Made by a program: the position numbers and the translations under genes. Below, one piece after another: positions 52,346 to 54,375 of a stretch of DNA of 54,375 nucleotides. The DNA comes from Candidatus Peregrinibacteria bacterium (GTDB taxonomy: Bacteria > Patescibacteriota > Gracilibacteria > UBA1369 > LOWO2-01-FULL-3), in the NCBI GenBank assembly GCA_014729275.1, contig WJKE01000102.1, forward strand, positions 1 to 54,375, written 5' to 3'. The notes beneath the pieces were generated by a model. It saw only the letters and a list, made by a program, of their open reading frames with translations. It had not been told where the DNA came from and made no database searches. The first letter of the stretch is position 1. Every line of letters begins with the position of its first letter.

Positions 52346-54097
52346 ATGAAAAAGACACTATTTATTACGGTGTTTACAGTATTTTTTGCATTATTTGCCT
52401 CTGCCTGCTCGCTTGGTAAGGATAAGGCTGAAAATAAGCCCGCTGAAGCGCTTCTTCCACAAAATCCTTTAATGATTATGGCTGTGGATTACTCAAATAA
52501 AGACCAGCGCAAATTGCTGCATAATCTAATAAAAACTTTTCCTGAAACTAATATTAAGCAGGTTATTAGCGAGGAAATGGCTAAAAACTCTGAAACGCTG
52601 ACTTATGAAAATTTAATCGCGCCTTATGTTTCGGATGATTGGAAGCTGCTTTTTGCAATGAAAATCCCTGAGAATGTAGAAAAGATCGATCAGGATGCTG
52701 AAATTTATGTTGCGGGAAAGTTTGAGAAGGCTGATGCTTTTGAGGGATCGATGAAAACGGCGCTTAATGATGAATATGGTGAGGCTATTTTGGAGGAAAA
52801 AAAGGGGGCTTTTACTTATTGGACCAATGCGGATGATGATCTTTATATTGGTCGTTATGGTGATGTTTTTTGGCTTACTAATTCCGAGGCGAATCGCGAT
52901 AAGGCGGTTAAGCGCTTGACTGATGGCGGGGGCTTTGAGTTGAAAAAGGAATTGCCTGATAATCTTGCTTATATGTATGCAAATTATGGGGATTTAGTTG
53001 AGCTTATTAAGGCTATTGAAGAAATGGAGGAGAATTTTGAAATGGCTGATGTGGGGCTAATGAATGCTTATTTGACCGGTTTTGGTGAACTATATATGTA
53101 TGTACAAGCTGAGGATAAGGGAATTCGAACGATTTCTGATTTTGAGGTGAAGGAAAGTAGTTTTTTTGATGAACTTTATGAGGGAAAGGATTTATCTTTA
53201 GTGTCAAAGGTGCCGGCGAATGGGACTATGATGTATTTTGAGGATGTGTCGTTTAAGCAGAGTGTGAGTATGTTTGGTATGAGTATGCAATCCGCTTATT
53301 TGGATGCGAGCAAGGAGCCGGAACTTAACGTTAGTGCCGAGGAAATTGCTGAAAAGTTTAATGAGGATTTTTACGAGCCTCTTCTTGAAACACTGGCTCA
53401 AAGTAGCAGCTTGAGCGCGGCTCAAATTGATGCAAAGTTGGATAGTCCGTTTGCTTTTGGTATTTATGATACGGGGCAATTGGTTCCGGGAGTTGTGTTT
53501 TATCTGGACGTGACTGATAGTGAGGGGCTTACTGAAATTGTTGATGATTTTGTAGATGGCGTGGTAAAGGGTATGGCTCAAAATTTGGGGGGATCGATGT
53601 TTAGTGCTGATTTAATTCAGAGGGATATTGCGGTTATTGACGGTACTCCTCTTAAAAAAATCTATATTGATTATTCTAAGTTGCCTGAGGGAACTTTGGA
53701 TGATTTTTCTACGATGGTTGGTACGAATTTGTCTGCACAAAAAGTTGAACTTTATTATGGGCCAACCAATGATGATGTATTTGTAATTGCTTTCTATCCC
53801 GAATTTAATGATATTTATGGGGAAGATGTTTTGGAGGAGAATGCGGATTATAAGGCGGCAATTTCAAGTTTAAACGGCTTGGGGGCGAACCTGGTTTATC
53901 TTGATACAGCACCTATTTTAACTTATGCTGACACTTTATTTACTTTTAATGAGCAATTGAATGCTGTTACTGATGAGCAAAAGGAATCTTTCGAAAAGTT
54001 TAAAAGGTGGATGGGGAATATAGATTATGTAGTTAGCTCGAATAAATTTTTGGATGGCAAGCTTGAAGCTGAGATGTTTATGCGAATAGGGAAGTAA
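52346..54097 (+). CDS. large secreted lipoprotein, function unknown
   Basis: 583 aa. Signal peptide with lipobox LFASAC. No catalytic motif recognised. Confidence 0.55.
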   Translation: MKKTLFITVFTVFFALFASACSLGKDKAENKPAEALLPQNPLMIMAVDYSNKDQRKLLHNLIKTFPETNIKQVISEEMAKNSETLTYENLIAPYVSDDWKLLFAMKIPENVEKIDQDAEIYVAGKFEKADAFEGSMKTALNDEYGEAILEEKKGAFTYWTNADDDLYIGRYGDVFWLTNSEANRDKAVKRLTDGGGFELKKELPDNLAYMYANYGDLVELIKAIEEMEENFEMADVGLMNAYLTGFGELYMYVQAEDKGIRTISDFEVKESSFFDELYEGKDLSLVSKVPANGTMMYFEDVSFKQSVSMFGMSMQSAYLDASKEPELNVSAEEIAEKFNEDFYEPLLETLAQSSSLSAAQIDAKLDSPFAFGIYDTGQLVPGVVFYLDVTDSEGLTEIVDDFVDGVVKGMAQNLGGSMFSADLIQRDIAVIDGTPLKKIYIDYSKLPEGTLDDFSTMVGTNLSAQKVELYYGPTNDDVFVIAFYPEFNDIYGEDVLEENADYKAAISSLNGLGANLVYLDTAPILTYADTLFTFNEQLNAVTDEQKESFEKFKRWMGNIDYVVSSNKFLDGKLEAEMFMRIGK

Positions 54098-54158
54098 TTA
54101 GGCAAAGCTTTTTAATTGATAAAGCGCCTCAGTTTTTGTATATTTTGTGTACGCATTT

Positions 54159-54233
54159 AGGCCCATAGTGTTAATGGTAGCACGTCGGTCTCCAAAACCG
54201 AAAGTAGGGGTTCAAATCCTCTTGGGCCTGCCA
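54159..54233 (+). tRNA. tRNA-Trp(CCA), CCA encoded
   Basis: AGGCCCATAGTGTTAATGGTAGCACGTCGGTCTCCAAAACCGAAAGTAGGGGTTCAAATCCTCTTGGGCCTGCCA. Acceptor AGGCCCA/TGGGCCT, anticodon stem TCGGT/ACCGA, loop CTCCAAA. Confidence 0.9.
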
Positions 54234-54288
54234 GAATGGAATTTTTCAAACGATTAATTTGGCTTTTTTAAGCCCTTTTTGTTCTGTG

Positions 54289-54308
54289 ATCCTGGACCGG
54301 TCCAGGAT
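54289..54308 (+). terminator. perfect palindromic hairpin downstream of tRNA-Trp (possible terminator)
   Basis: ATCCTGGAC-CG-GTCCAGGAT forms a 9-bp stem, followed by TGTTTTATTG (a weak U-tract). Confidence 0.4.
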
Positions 54309-54375
54309 TGTTTTATTGTCAAAATTTGAGTTTTTTGGGTTTCAGCTTTTGTGGAAGAAATGGTTAGGTATCAAC

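Noticed and set aside
1-54375. An alternative genetic code (UGA recoding, as in some candidate phyla).
   Set aside because: Well-conserved genes such as pyrD (ending at 4465) terminate at TGA at the expected length. No family-typical protein appears truncated by in-frame TGA. The standard bacterial code fits.

Overview
The window is AT-rich bacterial chromosome with compact, short-spacer gene organisation and a standard genetic code (TGA acts as a stop). By gene content it looks like a small-genome uncultivated lineage, possibly CPR/Patescibacteria-like; this is inference only.

Layout:
- 1-25.3 kb is mostly housekeeping: a phosphohexomutase, nadM-nadE, smpB, pyrD, an HtrA protease, a split transketolase, and an aminotransferase / hydroxypyruvate reductase / glycerate kinase module. 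It also holds an SBP / radical-SAM-like / histidine kinase operon and tRNA-Ser(GGA).
- 25.3-34.5 kb is an accessory block of orphan and eukaryote-like genes: an RI-type LRR protein, a helical-repeat protein ending in a RAP/DUF559-like nuclease fold, three paralogous small proteins, and an SLH-rhodanese.
- 34.5-36.2 kb is an ABC-2 exporter.
- 36.2-51.9 kb is a decayed, visibly more AT-rich variable locus.

The clearest discovery is directly readable from the sequence. A host tRNA-Thr(GGT) gene is split in its anticodon loop. Its 5' half is at 51878..51839 and its 3' half at 41433..41388, both on the minus strand. A 10,416-bp insertion separates them, bounded by an 11-bp direct repeat (TCCTTACCATG). 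The insertion carries two tyrosine recombinases and its own complete but sequence-divergent tRNA-Thr(GGT). Its cargo is a type IIG restriction-modification fusion enzyme followed by a Cas4-like nuclease, a multi-TM protein, and several orphan genes, one with an RDKIAH HEPN-like motif.

Just outside the att-bounded element lies a second defence-like cluster: a DUF3800 protein with a partner gene, and a Shedu/DUF4263-like nuclease.

I regard the orphan cargo of this tRNA-Thr island as the best place to look for an undescribed system. I cannot prove function from sequence alone. All domain calls are by-eye motif recognition and need HMM or structure confirmation.
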